This document shows positions 50,617 through 60,808 of a stretch of 64,000 bases of DNA, piece after piece. Both the position numbers and the translations under genes were made by a program. Numbering within the stretch: the first letter of the stretch is position 1; each line of letters starts with the position of its first letter. Below the pieces are notes generated by a model. That model was not told the origin of the DNA, searched no databases, and worked only from the letters and a program-made list of their open reading frames with translations. The stretch is from Bdellovibrionales bacterium (lineage in GTDB: Bacteria > Bdellovibrionota > Bdellovibrionia > Bdellovibrionales > CAYMLA01): positions 1,056,001 to 1,120,000 of the forward strand of contig OZ244239.1 in NCBI GenBank assembly GCA_965217115.1, in the 5' to 3' direction.

Positions 50617-53517
50617 ATGGGAAAAATAAAACTCTTTGGTGTTCAACAAAATAACCTAAAAAACATCGATGTTGAAATTCCTCTGAACTCTTTCACCGTC
50701 GTTTGTGGTCCTAGCGGATCAGGAAAAAGCTCTCTTGCCTTTGAAACCCTCTACGCCGAAGGGCAGAGACGCTACATCGAGGGAATGTCAAACTATGCGA
50801 AACAATTTCTTAGTAAATTGCCTAAACCCAACGTAGAACTCATCGAAAACATCCCTCCCGCCATCGCCATTGAACAAAAAAATTCTGTGAAGAACAGCCG
50901 CTCCACTGTTGGTACTCACACCGAAATTCTCGATTATTTAAGACTACTTTTTGAAAAAATCGGTATCGCTCACTGTCCAAAGCACAAAACCCCTCTCAAA
51001 TCTCATAACATTACCCATGCAACAGACCTCTGTCTTAAACACTTTTCAAACAAGAAAGGCTATCTTCTCGCGCCCATATACAAAAAACATCGTGTCTTTA
51101 AAGGTAAGAAACTTCTCTCACAACTTTTACAAGATGGATTTTTAAGAATTTATCTCCCCCCTAAAAAAACACAGGTTCATTTAATTAAAAAGACTAAAAC
51201 CTCCTTTCCTGTTATTTCTGTTGAAATGGGTGAAGTTATTGATCTTCAATCTCCCTCTATCTTAAAAAAAGGTCTGCCCAATGAAAATTTCTACATCGTT
51301 ATTGATCGCCTTCTCTTTAATTCTGATGATGAAAATAAACAACGTATCTCAGACTCCATTGAGCAAAGCTATCAAACATCCTTAAAGTTTAACTCCAGTG
51401 AAATCAAAGGTCGATGTCATTTTTTAACAACACAAGGGGAGCTTCTTAAAACATCACAAACTTCAAGCTGCCCTATTTGTCACACAACCTCTCAGCCCAT
51501 CACAGCCAGTTTTTTTAGTTTTAACAATCCACTGGGAGCCTGTCCCTCTTGTAAGGGATTTGGCAATACACTTGATCTTTGCAAGAATAAAATTATTCCT
51601 CGACCCCACCTTTCGATCAAAGAAGGAGCGATTATCCCCTTCTCAATGCCAAGCGCTAAAAAAGATCTTAAAAGACTTCTTAAATTCTGTGAAAAACACA
51701 AAATAAACACTGACCATTCCTGGGAATCTCTCTCTGAAAAACATCAGGGAATGATATGGAACGGAACCAAGGATTTTTATGGTATTAAAGGTTTATTTGA
51801 GTATTTAGAAACAAAAAAATACAAAATGTATGTGCGTGTCTTTCTCTCTCGTTTTAAAAGCCCTTCGATTTGCTCTGTCTGCCAAGGGACAAGGTTAAAA
51901 AAAGATTCTCAATCTGTGCTTATTAAAAATAAAAACATCTCTCAATTTTCGACTCTAACCATAAAAGATCTTCACTCTTTTTTCTTAAATCTCACACTCT
52001 CAAAAAAAGAAAACAATGCCTCCCATGAAATTATTCGCCAAATCAAAAAACGCTTGAAATTTCTTCTTGATGTTGGCGTCTACTACCTCACCTTTGATCG
52101 TGAAACAAAAACTCTCTCTGGGGGAGAGTTTCAGCGACTCAATCTAGCAAAACAACTGGGCATGGGACTCTCTCAGTCACTCTATGTTCTTGATGAACCG
52201 ACCATTGGGCTTCATCCAAGAGACAATAAAAGACTCATTCAAATTCTACAAGAATTACATAAACTCGGAAACACCCTTGTTGTCGTTGAACACGATCAGA
52301 GTGTTATTGAAAATGCGTCTTACCTTATTGAAATGGGGCCTGGTTCAGGAAAAAACGGTGGTGAAATCATCTTTTCTGGAAAATTAGAACAATTCTACAA
52401 AAGCACTCGCTCTAAAACTCTACCATTTTTACAAAAGAAGAACCCCCCCCCTCTCTCTTGCTCTAAGATGTCTAAACCCTTCAATACAAACAAACACAGT
52501 GCTTTCTTACAGCTAAAAGGATGCCAGGGAAACAATTTAAAGAATATTCACTTAAAACTCCCCTTACATTGCTTTGTGACCATCACTGGCGTGAGTGGCT
52601 CTGGAAAATCAACCCTTATCACTCAAACACTCTACCCTGCCCTAGCAAAAAAAATCATGGGTGAGCCATCGACAGGACACAGTTATAAATCTCTTTCTGG
52701 CGAAGAGTCTTTACAAAATGCCCTTCTCATCGACCAATCATCCATTAGCAAAACAGCCCGTAGTAACCCCGTCTCTTATTTGAAGGTTTTTGATAGTATC
52801 AGAAAAGTTTTTTCAGATACTAAAGAGGCTAAGAACAGAAACTACACTCCTGGGACATTTAGCCTTAATGTCGACGGCGGACGCTGCCCTCTCTGTAAGG
52901 GTCTTGGGTTTGAAGAGGTGGATATGATTTTCATGGATAATATCTCTATTCCCTGTGAAGTTTGCGATGGCGTAAAGTATCGCAAAGATATCCTCGAAAT
53001 TAAATGGGGTGGTAAAAACATCCACGACGTTCTAAATATAACGATAGATGAGGCCATAGAGTTCTTCATCTCTCTGCCCCACATTCGGAAACCCCTTTCT
53101 ATACTTAAAGATGTCGGTTTGGGCTACCTAAAACTTGGTCAATCCATGAACTCCTTAAGTGGCGGCGAGGCACAGCGATTAAAAATCGCCAAAGAACTCA
53201 GCCAGAACAGACAAAAAGCCACTTTATACATTATGGATGAACCGACAACTGGCCTTCATTTCCAAGAAATTTGGCAATTAATTCATGTTATTGATAAATT
53301 AATCGCCAGTGGCTCCTCCGTTGTTCTTATTGAACACAATATGGACATTATTAACTCTTCCGACTATATTATTGATCTCGGACCTGAAGCGGGACAAGAT
53401 GGAGGTTTTATTGTCGCCCAAGGAAGCGTCAGTGAAATCACTCAGTGTCCACAGAGCCTGACAGGGCAATATTTAAAAATACACCAAAAAGGATACAAAC
53501 AGGCCAAGGTAATATGA
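50617..53517 (+). CDS. uvrA: excinuclease ABC subunit A (UvrA family; possibly a second paralog)
   Basis: GPSGSGKSSLAFETLYAEGQRRY, two ABC cassettes (LSGGE), CxxC zinc fingers. Confidence 0.9.
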   Translation: MGKIKLFGVQQNNLKNIDVEIPLNSFTVVCGPSGSGKSSLAFETLYAEGQRRYIEGMSNYAKQFLSKLPKPNVELIENIPPAIAIEQKNSVKNSRSTVGTHTEILDYLRLLFEKIGIAHCPKHKTPLKSHNITHATDLCLKHFSNKKGYLLAPIYKKHRVFKGKKLLSQLLQDGFLRIYLPPKKTQVHLIKKTKTSFPVISVEMGEVIDLQSPSILKKGLPNENFYIVIDRLLFNSDDENKQRISDSIEQSYQTSLKFNSSEIKGRCHFLTTQGELLKTSQTSSCPICHTTSQPITASFFSFNNPLGACPSCKGFGNTLDLCKNKIIPRPHLSIKEGAIIPFSMPSAKKDLKRLLKFCEKHKINTDHSWESLSEKHQGMIWNGTKDFYGIKGLFEYLETKKYKMYVRVFLSRFKSPSICSVCQGTRLKKDSQSVLIKNKNISQFSTLTIKDLHSFFLNLTLSKKENNASHEIIRQIKKRLKFLLDVGVYYLTFDRETKTLSGGEFQRLNLAKQLGMGLSQSLYVLDEPTIGLHPRDNKRLIQILQELHKLGNTLVVVEHDQSVIENASYLIEMGPGSGKNGGEIIFSGKLEQFYKSTRSKTLPFLQKKNPPPLSCSKMSKPFNTNKHSAFLQLKGCQGNNLKNIHLKLPLHCFVTITGVSGSGKSTLITQTLYPALAKKIMGEPSTGHSYKSLSGEESLQNALLIDQSSISKTARSNPVSYLKVFDSIRKVFSDTKEAKNRNYTPGTFSLNVDGGRCPLCKGLGFEEVDMIFMDNISIPCEVCDGVKYRKDILEIKWGGKNIHDVLNITIDEAIEFFISLPHIRKPLSILKDVGLGYLKLGQSMNSLSGGEAQRLKIAKELSQNRQKATLYIMDEPTTGLHFQEIWQLIHVIDKLIASGSSVVLIEHNMDIINSSDYIIDLGPEAGQDGGFIVAQGSVSEITQCPQSLTGQYLKIHQKGYKQAKVI

Positions 53518-55250
53518 ACGAAATCAAAAAAATACTCAAACAACTTTCATCCCATAAGAGCACCGTCAGTGTTGTCATGCTCACAGGTATTTTGATGAGT
53601 TCCATGCAAACAGCTACTTTAAAGTTCTTAAAGGACTTGGTGGATATCATGGGCAAAAGCAATCCTCAAATGAGCGAAGTTTACTATTATGTCAGCATTA
53701 TCATTGGACTCTCTCTGGTTGCCGCTATCTCTCGTTATCTTCACTTTTTCTTAATGAATATAACAGCCGAAAAAGTCTCCTTAAGTTTAAGGCGACAAGT
53801 GCAAAAGCGTTTTTTAACGCTCAATTTAACTTTTCATAACTCCTACGCCACTGGTTCAGGAGGACTTCTCAGTCGAGTCCTCAATGATGTTATGGTTATT
53901 CATCATGGGTTACGCCTTGTTGCCGATATTTTTCGAGAACCTATTTTATTGGTTCTTATGCTGGGAACTCTATTTTATATCAATTGGAAATTAACCATCT
54001 CTATCGTCATTCTGCTACCGATCATCTCTTTATTCTTAAAACAGTTAGCCCGCAGTTTGCGTAAATATGGAAAAACCAGCCAAGAAATTTTTGAAAAAAT
54101 CACAAACACCCTCAAAGAAAGCATTGAGGGTGTTCGCGTTATTCAATCCTTTAATCTCGAAAAAGAAATGGCCAGTCGTTTTGATGAAGAGGGAAAAGAT
54201 TTTTTACAGGCGCGAAACAAGGTTCACAGTCGAACGGAAATTGCTGGCCCTGTCACAGAATTTATTGTTATCACTTTATTTGTCGGTCTTGTTGTCTACA
54301 TGGGATTTCAAATTATCGAAGAAAAAGCTTCTCTTGGTGAATTCATTTGGTACACTGGTGCTCTTTTATCATTGCAAAAACCTGTTAAAAAACTACAAGA
54401 ATCTTTTGTTAGAATTCAAGAATCCATTGTCGCTATTAAAAGAGTCTTCGCTATCATAGAGGACAAGAACGTTGTTCCCGATACTTCAAATCCAAAAAAA
54501 TTTCCTGATGATTGGAAAACCATTGAGTTTAGAAACGTCTCCTTCCAATACGGAGAAAAAGAGGTCCTTAAGGATTTTAACCTTAAAATTGAACGAGGAA
54601 AAAAAATCGCCCTCGTCGGCTCCAGTGGCAGTGGTAAATCAACGATTGTTAATATGCTAAAGCGCTTTTATGATCCAACTCAAGGGGAGATATATATAGA
54701 TGATATCCCCATCAAAGAACTGTCCCTGCCTGTCCTTAGAAAAAACATCTCTCTTGTAAGCCAGGATGTTTTTCTTTTTAACAGCAGCATCGCCTACAAC
54801 ATACAGTCTGGAAATTTTCAAAAACAAGAAATGGACATTTATTCTGCGGCAGAGCTTGCCAACGCCTCTGGTTTTATAAAGAACTTTCCAAAACAATATG
54901 ACACCCCCGTCGGCGAACGGGGAGGTCGGCTTTCTGGAGGGGAGAAACAGAGAATAAGCATTGCACGGGCTATTTTAAAGAATGCACCCATATTGATTTT
55001 AGACGAAGCGACCTCAGCCCTTGATTCATCCAGTGAAGCAGATGTACAGAAAGGCCTCAATCATTTAATGGAAAACAGAACAGCTATTATCGTCGCCCAT
55101 AGACTCTCCACCATCGCCAGCGTGGATCACATTGTTGTTTTAGACAAAGGCATTATTCTTGAGCAGGGCACTCACTCTGAGCTTTTACAAAGGAGGGGAG
55201 CCTATTATCAATTCTCCCTCCTCCAGCAAAACCTTGATTTAGATAAATAA
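53514..55250 (+). CDS. msbA: MsbA-like ABC exporter (TMD+NBD)
   Basis: TM domain, GSSGSGKST, VSQD, LSGGEKQR, LDEATSALD, AHRLST. Confidence 0.8.
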   Translation: MNEIKKILKQLSSHKSTVSVVMLTGILMSSMQTATLKFLKDLVDIMGKSNPQMSEVYYYVSIIIGLSLVAAISRYLHFFLMNITAEKVSLSLRRQVQKRFLTLNLTFHNSYATGSGGLLSRVLNDVMVIHHGLRLVADIFREPILLVLMLGTLFYINWKLTISIVILLPIISLFLKQLARSLRKYGKTSQEIFEKITNTLKESIEGVRVIQSFNLEKEMASRFDEEGKDFLQARNKVHSRTEIAGPVTEFIVITLFVGLVVYMGFQIIEEKASLGEFIWYTGALLSLQKPVKKLQESFVRIQESIVAIKRVFAIIEDKNVVPDTSNPKKFPDDWKTIEFRNVSFQYGEKEVLKDFNLKIERGKKIALVGSSGSGKSTIVNMLKRFYDPTQGEIYIDDIPIKELSLPVLRKNISLVSQDVFLFNSSIAYNIQSGNFQKQEMDIYSAAELANASGFIKNFPKQYDTPVGERGGRLSGGEKQRISIARAILKNAPILILDEATSALDSSSEADVQKGLNHLMENRTAIIVAHRLSTIASVDHIVVLDKGIILEQGTHSELLQRRGAYYQFSLLQQNLDLDK

Positions 55251-55251
55251 A

Positions 55252-56688
55252 TTATTTTTTATCCACCGTCCAAACAGAATATATACTGGGAAACAACTCT
55301 TCCTTCGACAGATAAATATAACCCGTCTCTGGGTCACAAGTGATACCGCTCTCCTTATATACAGAACAATTTTTTCCCCAACTGTTTCTTACTAAATATT
55401 CACAGCTCTTCTTCTCTTTATTGTATTTTCTGCCAATAATTAGGGCCGAATGAGCTGAAGCGGGCAGGTACACTCCTTTTTCTTTAAGAAAACTAGACAT
55501 AAAATCAAGGCCCACGGTTTTTCCCCCATTAAGCCATTTATCAATCTGATTGTATTGCTTATGTTTTGATCCTTGAAGAAAAGTTGCTCTAAAATCCTTA
55601 AGATCAACTCGGGAAGTGCAACTCTTGTCTCTAAGTTCCTCCAAATAAGACCAGGTCGATGAGTGCTCTAGAACATCAAGAATGTCTTTGATCTCTAATT
55701 TTGGAAACACCGATGAAAGGGCGCTCTTACAGAGCTTTTCCTCCATTAGATATTTCTTTTTCTCTTCCCTTGAATGATAGCTTTCTTGACCAAATGAATC
55801 TCTGAAACTCTGATCATATTTAAGTTTAAAATTTTGAATCCTGAACAACAAATCTCCAATATCTTTAGTAGAAGAGTCACCTGACGACTTCACGTCCGCT
55901 TCAAGACAAACCTTCTGGTCCATGATTTCTTTCAAAAAACCTAGATATCCACTATCAAATTGCCATGGTCCCTCTTTCTCGGAACGGGGGACATTCCAAT
56001 TATTAGATTTTACTTTCTTGAAATACCTGAGGGCTATATCAACTGCAGAAATGGGCTTGCCAGTTTGGGCCGTGATTAAATCACTGATAGCATATGCAAA
56101 ACACCACCCGTTACTTCCTTGATCTCTGGTGGGAACATCTTTAAATTTAGAGGACAGATCAATTTCTGGCTGACATTTTTCTTGCTCTTTGAGCTGGTTT
56201 TTTTTTGAAACTTCTGCTAGACCATTTAATTTTCCTATTATTCTCAGGGCTTTTGTCGAAATTCTAGACGTCTCAATTTTATTCTCTCTGATCTCTTTTC
56301 TAATATTAGTGATGTCTCTACTCACATCTTGAAACATTGATTTGTTTTCTATATGCCTCAATCGGGATTCCACACGAAGCTGATTAAGGCCATTTTCAGG
56401 GAGCCCCACATCACTCTGAGTGAGGCAATGTCTATTTAAGATTAGTTCCGTCTCGTTTATTTCCGCTTCCACATTATAAGATATACCCATTAATACAGAG
56501 CGCCTTATTTTCCCATAGGAATTAAGAACATTATTTAGAATGGCTTCCTTGCCCTCTTTATCGAGATCACAAATTTTGCCACTGCCCTCGTTTTGATCTA
56601 AATAAAAGCCTCCGATTTCCCCATTACTTTGTGCATTACTTTGTGGAAAAGAGCTTAGTATGAGAATAAACATTAAGTGTTTCATCAT
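55252..56688 (-). CDS. secreted papain-like (C1 family) cysteine peptidase
   Basis: Signal peptide; RDQGSNGWCFAYA (Q, C), AHSALIIG (H), VRNSWG (N). Confidence 0.85.
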   Translation of the reverse strand: MMKHLMFILILSSFPQSNAQSNGEIGGFYLDQNEGSGKICDLDKEGKEAILNNVLNSYGKIRRSVLMGISYNVEAEINETELILNRHCLTQSDVGLPENGLNQLRVESRLRHIENKSMFQDVSRDITNIRKEIRENKIETSRISTKALRIIGKLNGLAEVSKKNQLKEQEKCQPEIDLSSKFKDVPTRDQGSNGWCFAYAISDLITAQTGKPISAVDIALRYFKKVKSNNWNVPRSEKEGPWQFDSGYLGFLKEIMDQKVCLEADVKSSGDSSTKDIGDLLFRIQNFKLKYDQSFRDSFGQESYHSREEKKKYLMEEKLCKSALSSVFPKLEIKDILDVLEHSSTWSYLEELRDKSCTSRVDLKDFRATFLQGSKHKQYNQIDKWLNGGKTVGLDFMSSFLKEKGVYLPASAHSALIIGRKYNKEKKSCEYLVRNSWGKNCSVYKESGITCDPETGYIYLSKEELFPSIYSVWTVDKK

Positions 56689-56978
56689 AACAGCTTAGGT
56701 TTCGGTTTTTTTTTAAAATCACTCAATAAAGAAACTGCCCTGGCAGAAAACATAAAGGCCTACTAGACTAAAGTCCTAGGCCCCTTCGATAACATCTCCA
56801 CAGGATCATCTTGATTCTAAAGAGCCCTCTTCCATGCTCTGAAATGATTAAGAGATGATTTACTTGGAAAAAAAAAGAAAATAGTGACTAAACTTTGATC
56901 TAAAACCCTTCCATTTCTTTCTTGAAACAACATTGGTTTTAGATATTTAGCTTATTTTTATAAAAACATTGAACAGTC

Positions 56979-57005
56979 TCAAGTTGTTCATTTTTTTGAC
57001 GATAA
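56979..57005 (+). promoter_or_regulatory. sigma28-like promoter upstream of the enhancer-binding protein gene
   Basis: TCAA-N15-GACGATAA. Confidence 0.6.
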
Positions 57006-57088
57006 GTGTGATGTTAACACCAATGGCGTGAATGCCGCCTGAATCGTCCATTTAAAAACCAAGGACCTTCAGGACTAAAGGAGAGGAA

Positions 57089-58630
57089 ATGATTAACTGG
57101 GACGAATTTGAACACATACATGTCATCAAAAGACTTAAAGGGGTTCTTAATTCATGGTGGAATATCGACACTGTTTTCACTGACGAACGTGGACAGTTAA
57201 AGGGGTTTTATAAAGATAAAACCTCCTTTGCAAACCCTGTTACGGAAAGCTTTCTCAGCAAAGAATCCGCTGCAAATAATCTCTGCGAACTTGTCTCTAA
57301 AACTTTAGATGAATTACGTATTTCAGAAAACCGCTATGCCATTCGTAAATGGGATATGACAGGATTTGATGTCGCCATTTTCCCTATTATCATTGATGGG
57401 GATATGCTGGGAACTGTTGTCACTCTTGGATTCTTAAAAGACAGCGAAGGGAATCGTCTGGTTGAGATTCGCGAAAGGCTGGCTGCCTTCGGCTGTTCTG
57501 GGGATATTATAGAAGCCGCCCTCTCTAAAGTAAAATTTCTTGAAGACCAAGAAAAAAATCATTTCTTGGAACTAGCTCACCTTGTTGCTCAGGAGGTCGT
57601 TACTCTCCACCTAGAAATCACTTCACGGGAAAATAGAATTGAAGAACTCAATAAAGAACTGGGAAGTCGTTATAAATACGACAATATGATTGGTAAGTGC
57701 AAACCTATGCAGAGTCTTTACGCTCTTTTAGATAAAATTAAAAAATCCGAGAGCACTGTGCTTATTCAAGGTGAAAACGGAACTGGTAAGGAGCTTATTG
57801 CCAAGGCCATTCACTATAACTCAGATCGCAAAGACAATCCTTTTGTTATTCAAAACTGTTCGGCCTTTAACGATAATCTACTAGAATCAGAGCTTTTTGG
57901 TCATATCAAAGGGTCCTTTACAGGGGCGAATCGCGATAAGAAAGGCCTCTTTGAAATGGCTGACAAAGGAACCTTTTTCTTAGATGAAATTGGTGATACA
58001 TCACCACAAATGCAAGTTAAGCTTCTCAGGGTTCTCCAAGAGGGAACGTTTCTGCCCGTAGGTGCTGTCGATTACAAACGTATTAATGTAAGGTTTCTCG
58101 CTGCGACAAATAAGAATTTACGGGAAATGGTTGAGAAAGGAACCTTCCGTGAAGATTTATATTACAGACTAAACGTGATTAACCTGAGAGTTCCTCCTCT
58201 GCGTGAACGCAAAGAAGATTTACCACTTCTTGTAGACTTTTTCTTGAAGAAAAACTCTGACTCTAAGAATTTTCTAACAAAGAGAGCCTTGGAAAAACTA
58301 TATGACTACTCTTGGCCTGGTAATGTCAGAGAGTTACAAAATGAAATAGAAAGACTCTCTGTTCTCTCTGGTGAAGACACGAAACTCACTGCTGACATGC
58401 TCTCTCTGAAGATCATCGAAGCCTCAGAAAAAGGAAAACTTCAAGGCACTCGACTTCAGGGAAAACTTAAGGATGCCATTGAAGAACTGGAAAGGGGCAT
58501 GATTAAGGAGGGCCTTCATCGCACGGGCTGGAATAAGTCCAAACTGGCTAAAGAACTTGGGATCAGCCGAGCAGGACTTATAATGAAAGTTGAGAAGTAT
58601 GACCTAGACAAAAGGCGTATTGCTAAATAA
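57089..58630 (+). CDS. sigma54-dependent enhancer-binding protein with a PocR/GAF-like N-terminal sensor and a Fis-type HTH
   Basis: GENGTGKE, ESELFGH, GSFTGA, FLDEIG, FREDLYYRLNV, WPGNVREL, NKSKLAKELGISR. Confidence 0.92.
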   Translation: MINWDEFEHIHVIKRLKGVLNSWWNIDTVFTDERGQLKGFYKDKTSFANPVTESFLSKESAANNLCELVSKTLDELRISENRYAIRKWDMTGFDVAIFPIIIDGDMLGTVVTLGFLKDSEGNRLVEIRERLAAFGCSGDIIEAALSKVKFLEDQEKNHFLELAHLVAQEVVTLHLEITSRENRIEELNKELGSRYKYDNMIGKCKPMQSLYALLDKIKKSESTVLIQGENGTGKELIAKAIHYNSDRKDNPFVIQNCSAFNDNLLESELFGHIKGSFTGANRDKKGLFEMADKGTFFLDEIGDTSPQMQVKLLRVLQEGTFLPVGAVDYKRINVRFLAATNKNLREMVEKGTFREDLYYRLNVINLRVPPLRERKEDLPLLVDFFLKKNSDSKNFLTKRALEKLYDYSWPGNVRELQNEIERLSVLSGEDTKLTADMLSLKIIEASEKGKLQGTRLQGKLKDAIEELERGMIKEGLHRTGWNKSKLAKELGISRAGLIMKVEKYDLDKRRIAK

Positions 58631-58763
58631 TTTTTAACTATCTAAGTGTGTTTTCTAAAACACGCTTTTGTGGCAACTCTATATATATTACAGTAATGAC
58701 TATTAATTAGACTTGGACTCCCTTGCTTAAAAGGCTCTTCTGCCATTTCCTTTGATCTGTTCC

Positions 58764-58780
58764 TAGGCATAGATCTAGCA
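58764..58780 (+). promoter_or_regulatory. sigma54-type -24/-12 promoter
   Basis: TAGGCATAGATCTAGCA = GG-N10-GC upstream of 58828. Confidence 0.55.
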
Positions 58781-58827
58781 TATCTCCATTTCAAGCCCCC
58801 AACCATTTATTTAAAAAGGGGGATTAG

Positions 58828-59613
58828 ATGAATGAGAGGATATGTATTATGGTGAAAAATTTAAGCTCTTCTGAGTTTTACTGCCCTTCTCAAGGATCTA
58901 TGTGGAATCGACATTTTCAAAGAGTCTGTCATGAATTGTCTGATCTCATGCATGGCCAACATGGCTGTAAATTAAGTGTCAATATTTCTGAACAATCAAA
59001 CCTTTATAAGAACTATTTAAAGCTCAATATACCCGAACTTCCTGAAGAGCTGAATATCTTCATTAGCGACGCACAAACTCTGCCTCTTCAAGAGCAAAAC
59101 AATCTTATTGAACACGTTCAATCAGTCCTAAGCTCTTTTTTGTGTCATTGGCTAGCTCTAGAAAACACGAACAGAGAGTGTCTGCCCCATGTCAGCGTCC
59201 ATGAGAGCTCACTCAAACAAGAAATCCCTCCCATTGTTTTTTCCTCCAAGTGCTGTGAACAACTTGAGCGATCCGCTATAGATTTTAGTCATTTGTTCAA
59301 CCTTCAGGGTTTCATTCATTGGAAAGATCTTTCTATAAATACAGATGAGGACATCCATAAATTAAGTGATATCGTTATTTATGTCTCTGACCTACACCTC
59401 TTAAGCATTAAGGATCAGGATCTTATTGCCCGTAACTTAAACAAAGGGCAATGGGTTTTTGGACACTTGAAATCAACACCTCCCATTAAAAACAATCGTT
59501 CTTTTACCGAAAAAGATCAAGAGAACCTCTCTCGACACACCCTCGATATAGATAATATTCCCTATTTCAAGAAAAACATTCAGGCTGTTATTAAAATGAT
59601 TATTAATTTTTAA
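58828..59613 (+). CDS. hypothetical protein
   Basis: 261-aa ORF with RBS-like GGGGG; no confident motif. Confidence 0.65.
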   Translation: MNERICIMVKNLSSSEFYCPSQGSMWNRHFQRVCHELSDLMHGQHGCKLSVNISEQSNLYKNYLKLNIPELPEELNIFISDAQTLPLQEQNNLIEHVQSVLSSFLCHWLALENTNRECLPHVSVHESSLKQEIPPIVFSSKCCEQLERSAIDFSHLFNLQGFIHWKDLSINTDEDIHKLSDIVIYVSDLHLLSIKDQDLIARNLNKGQWVFGHLKSTPPIKNNRSFTEKDQENLSRHTLDIDNIPYFKKNIQAVIKMIINF

Positions 59614-59677
59614 GCTTGTCACTATTCGACACAGAAGACAGATTGATTATCTCCTCTCTTTTTGTCATTATATCTCC

Positions 59678-60808
59678 ATGGACGAAAACTCACTCGATGA
59701 TAACCCACTCGATGAAAACTCACTCGATGATAACCTACTGAGCAATAGCACAGTAGATCATCAGCTTCCCCAAGAGACTCGCGCCTTTCTTGATAATTAC
59801 CTGAAAACCAGTGCATACTCTATTTGTCAATTAACAGGAGATGCCTCTTCTCGTAAATACTACCGCATTGAACAACCCCCTACTTCTGAAGAAAAATCTA
59901 ACAAAAGCATCATTATGATGTCTTGGGACCCTTTTCTTCCAGAAAAATCCCCTTTTATCAGTGTTCTCCATCACTTTAAAAAAAACCACGTTCACGTGCC
60001 TAATATTATATCCATGGCTCCAGAGCAGGGGCTCATCCTTTTAGAGGATCTGGGGGACATCACCCTTGAACACTTGTTTTGGCAAAACAAAGATAATCAG
60101 AAAGACGTCATTTCTCTTTATCAACAAGCCATTGATGAGCTTATCTCTATTCATTATCCCGCCACTTTTGATAGATCTTCCTGTTCCGCTTTTGATCTTC
60201 AATTTAATTGTGAAAAATTTTTGTGGGAGTTGCAATACAGTTTGGAGCACTTAATTAAAGGCTTCTATGGTTTTGAACTTTCGCAAAAAGATGAGCTTGA
60301 GATAAAAAATATTTTCCTTAGCCTAAGTCAAATTCTGTCCTCTGAACCTACTGTTATTTGTCATCGAGATTATCATTCGCGCAATCTAATGATTAAAGAA
60401 CACCAAATGACTGTTATTGATTTTCAAGACGCACGACTTGGCCCTATTCAGTATGACTTGGTTTCCCTACTCAAAGACTCCTACGTTAATCTTACTGATG
60501 AAACCAGACAGATTCTTATTGATTATTATTTAGAAAAAAGACTGATGATAGATCATCCTTCTATCAAAGAAATTAATCTGAAAGATTTCAAATATATCTT
60601 CGAGCTACAATCTATTCAAAGATGTTTAAAAGCCTGTGGGAGCTTTGCTAGTTTCTATCAATTACGTCAAGACAAACGCTATCTAAAATATCTACCAAGA
60701 ACCCTCAAGCACATTCTTAAATCACTAACGATCTTTCCCCAGTATCAGTTTTTGACTAAGGTTTTATCAGAAGCTTTTTCAAAAGAACACGGGAGCGATG
60801 GACTGTGA
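59678..60808 (+). CDS. amgK: MurNAc/GlcNAc anomeric kinase (APH-like phosphotransferase)
   Basis: GDASSRKYYRI, LLEDLGD, CHRDYHSRNLM, IDFQDARLGP, YDLVSLLKD; adjacent to murU and anmK. Confidence 0.88.
   Translation: MDENSLDDNPLDENSLDDNLLSNSTVDHQLPQETRAFLDNYLKTSAYSICQLTGDASSRKYYRIEQPPTSEEKSNKSIIMMSWDPFLPEKSPFISVLHHFKKNHVHVPNIISMAPEQGLILLEDLGDITLEHLFWQNKDNQKDVISLYQQAIDELISIHYPATFDRSSCSAFDLQFNCEKFLWELQYSLEHLIKGFYGFELSQKDELEIKNIFLSLSQILSSEPTVICHRDYHSRNLMIKEHQMTVIDFQDARLGPIQYDLVSLLKDSYVNLTDETRQILIDYYLEKRLMIDHPSIKEINLKDFKYIFELQSIQRCLKACGSFASFYQLRQDKRYLKYLPRTLKHILKSLTIFPQYQFLTKVLSEAFSKEHGSDGL
59681..59740. repeat. 30-bp tandem duplication (built of 15-bp units) at the amgK 5' end
   Basis: GACGAAAACTCACTCGATGATAACCCACTC / GATGAAAACTCACTCGATGATAACCTACTG; encodes DENSLDDNPLDENSLDDNLL. 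Confidence 0.85.
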
